A stretch of 64,000 bases of DNA from Malacoraja senta (Eukaryota). Position 1 is the first letter of the stretch; every line of letters starts with the position of its first letter. Shown in pieces: positions 61,819-64,000 of this stretch. Location of the stretch: the NCBI GenBank assembly GCA_038087875.1, contig JAXLNO010005352.1:124001-188000 (forward strand), read 5' to 3'. Made by a program: the position numbers and the translations under genes. Below the pieces are notes generated by a model. It was not told the origin of the DNA and did no database searches. It saw only the letters and a program-made list of their open reading frames with translations.

Positions 61819-64000
61819 AAGTCCTGGCAATATACTCAATCTTCAATGCACTCTTTCCAGTCTAAATAGAGCAGAGCACTAACTAGAGCTGAATGATAAA
61901 ATTCAATTCTAATTGCTCCCTGCAGAACCCAATTAGAACTATTTAATGAGTCAAATGACCAAACATAATCAGAAAATCCACCCTCTAATGTGCAGTTCCA
62001 TTCTTCTGACAAATGTAGCTCCTTCCACACATTTTCTTGAAATCTCAACAACCCTTGAGTAACTCCCATGTTGATTGACTTCAACAATGCACCTGCACTA
62101 GACATCCTTTGCATTCTTCAATGACAACAATGCGCGATTCTATTGGGACATTAAACATTGACCTTTAAGCTCTTTGGAAATGGAGAGACCGAAATATAAT
62201 CCACTATTTTATTTTGTGAATGCTGTGATCATTGAGCTAAACAACCTGTATGAAAAGTCCATTTAACTGACTAGATGCCAGGTACCAGCTGCTCTTGCCT
62301 CCACTTATGATGGGACTTTACGGGGAACGTGGATGTCTGAACATTGTTCAATTTCTTCCATCCATCGCCCATTTCTACCCCTCCCTCCTCAATAAGAATG
62401 TCAACATTACTTCAAAAATTGTTCCAATTACAGTAAGTTTTATGTTTTGCACCCATCTCCAAAACAATCAAAGTTCCAGTTGGTCAAATACATTTCATAC
62501 ACAACCCTTGAAAAATACCATACCTTAAACACAATAAAATGGGTTTTGTTTCATATTATTCTCCATAACCTACCACTCTACTCACCTTAACAGCACCATA
62601 AATCTTTAGATTAAAATCTATTGCCCAATTGCTATTTTTCTAAGCACCTCACATGAGTAAACAATATTCAGCCTCTACACTTTGTAATGAAAACCACAGA
62701 GATCTGTGCCCAAACTCTATAACACAGCTTAGCAGTATAATGCAGTAAGTATACTCATAGCAATATGAGGGGTTCTTTGTTGAAATGTACCTTATATACA
62801 CTAGGTATTAGGCATCTACTTTCTCAAAGCACCCATGTTTCCTTTGTGCGCAATTAAGAGATTGAACTATTTAGCAAATACATTTTGGGTGAGGGGAAGA
62901 AATACATTTTAAGTCCCAACATATTCTATCTAAATGCCCGTCATTTTCCATGTCATATTAATTTTATTCCTCCAAGATATAGTTTTACTTCAAACATTGC
63001 ATCTCTTAAAAATTTAAATCAGTTCCTCATACAACTTTTCCCTGTTCCTTTTTAATTAGCAGTTTGATTATCCTGCATATAATCAAAAGATCAAACTGTG
63101 AACTTATCTAAATCTTAGATTCCCTAAACAGAACCAAAAGAAAAACTATTGCATTTGCTGAGGATTATCAGAACAGACAAAGTGGACAGAACAAATTCTT
63201 TTCTCCAGCCCTTTGGGGTATAAGAGTGCAAGACAATTGCAGCAACAGAACTACTATGCACTTCAGCAAGTTGCCTTACAATAAAGCACTGCAATTTAAA
63301 CACTTAGTCAGACTAGGAACGTTTGGCAGGACAGTGAACAACAAGAAACAGTGGCAATATGGCTAGAAGATACAGTCCCACCACATTAACCACTTTGCCC
63401 ACTCTGCATTTCACAAGTACTTGCAAATTTTCATTGGCTTCTAGACAGAAGAGGCAAAGCTGCCTGTAAAAAGCCAGACAGGTTTATCACCATCAGTTTG
63501 AACATTAAGCATTTCCCCAAACCAAAACAACTACTACCACTAACAATAGTATATGCTAAAGAATTCAGTGATGACTACATTGCAATGAACAGCAACTAAC
63601 TGCCTTAATTCGTCAATGACAAGAGTCAATTCAACATTCACAAGCAAAGAGGGGAGAAAACTGTTGCACGAGTACTCTCACAAAGAGTTATTTTCTAGAA
63701 ACACATCCATGTACATACTCATAGGTTGTGAAAACGATCATACGTGTAGCAAAACTGTCTTGGTAAATGGTGCAAAGCAACAATACCTCCAGAGCTGCAA
63801 CATTAAACTAATGTGATATCTGACGCTATTAACTTCAGTTAATCCCAAAAAAAACCTGCAGAAATCTCATCATATAATAAATAGTTAAATGTAAGGTCAA
63901 TCAAAATGATTTGAAAAAATAACAAGTTGGTCCTTACGATGCTAATTATACAAATTAAATCTTCATCATTATATATTTTAAATATGCACTGTTAAGCGAG

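Larger units (their letters stand above)
15551..64000 (-). other. PRTG: Long PRTG intron (probable intron 2, >48 kb), continuing beyond the window
   Basis: The 15550 exon begins in phase 1 at an acceptor. No Ig1- or signal-peptide-encoding exon was found upstream in the window. Confidence 0.7.

Overview
Vertebrate genomic DNA, most likely a cartilaginous fish such as a skate or ray (inferred from HE1/V-SINE-like SINEs, CR1/HER1-like LINE tails and DeuSINE-like relics). The only gene found is protogenin (PRTG, Ig/FN3 receptor of the DCC/neogenin family) on the minus strand. Eight consecutive coding exons lie at 15550 down to 3572, all with GT-AG boundaries and continuous phase. They encode Ig2-Ig4 and FN3-1/FN3-2 and probably correspond to exons 3-10. 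Positions 15551-64000 appear to be one very long intron. The non-coding sequence is full of mobile DNA: CR1/L2/Rex-like LINE fragments, tRNA-derived SINEs, a decayed IR/DR Tc1 (DD34E), six Harbinger-like MITEs with TWA target duplications, a 1.9-kb hAT-like element with a 5-bp TSD, and a 28-bp TIR-only element with an 8-bp TSD. The most notable signal is about 15-18 short Penelope-derived units carrying a minimal hammerhead-ribozyme-like motif. They occur as solo ~95-bp arms or palindromes, several have their own 9-15-bp TSDs, and the solo arms are strongly strand-biased. Repeat boundaries without TSDs are approximate, family names come from motif recognition, and nothing was checked against databases.
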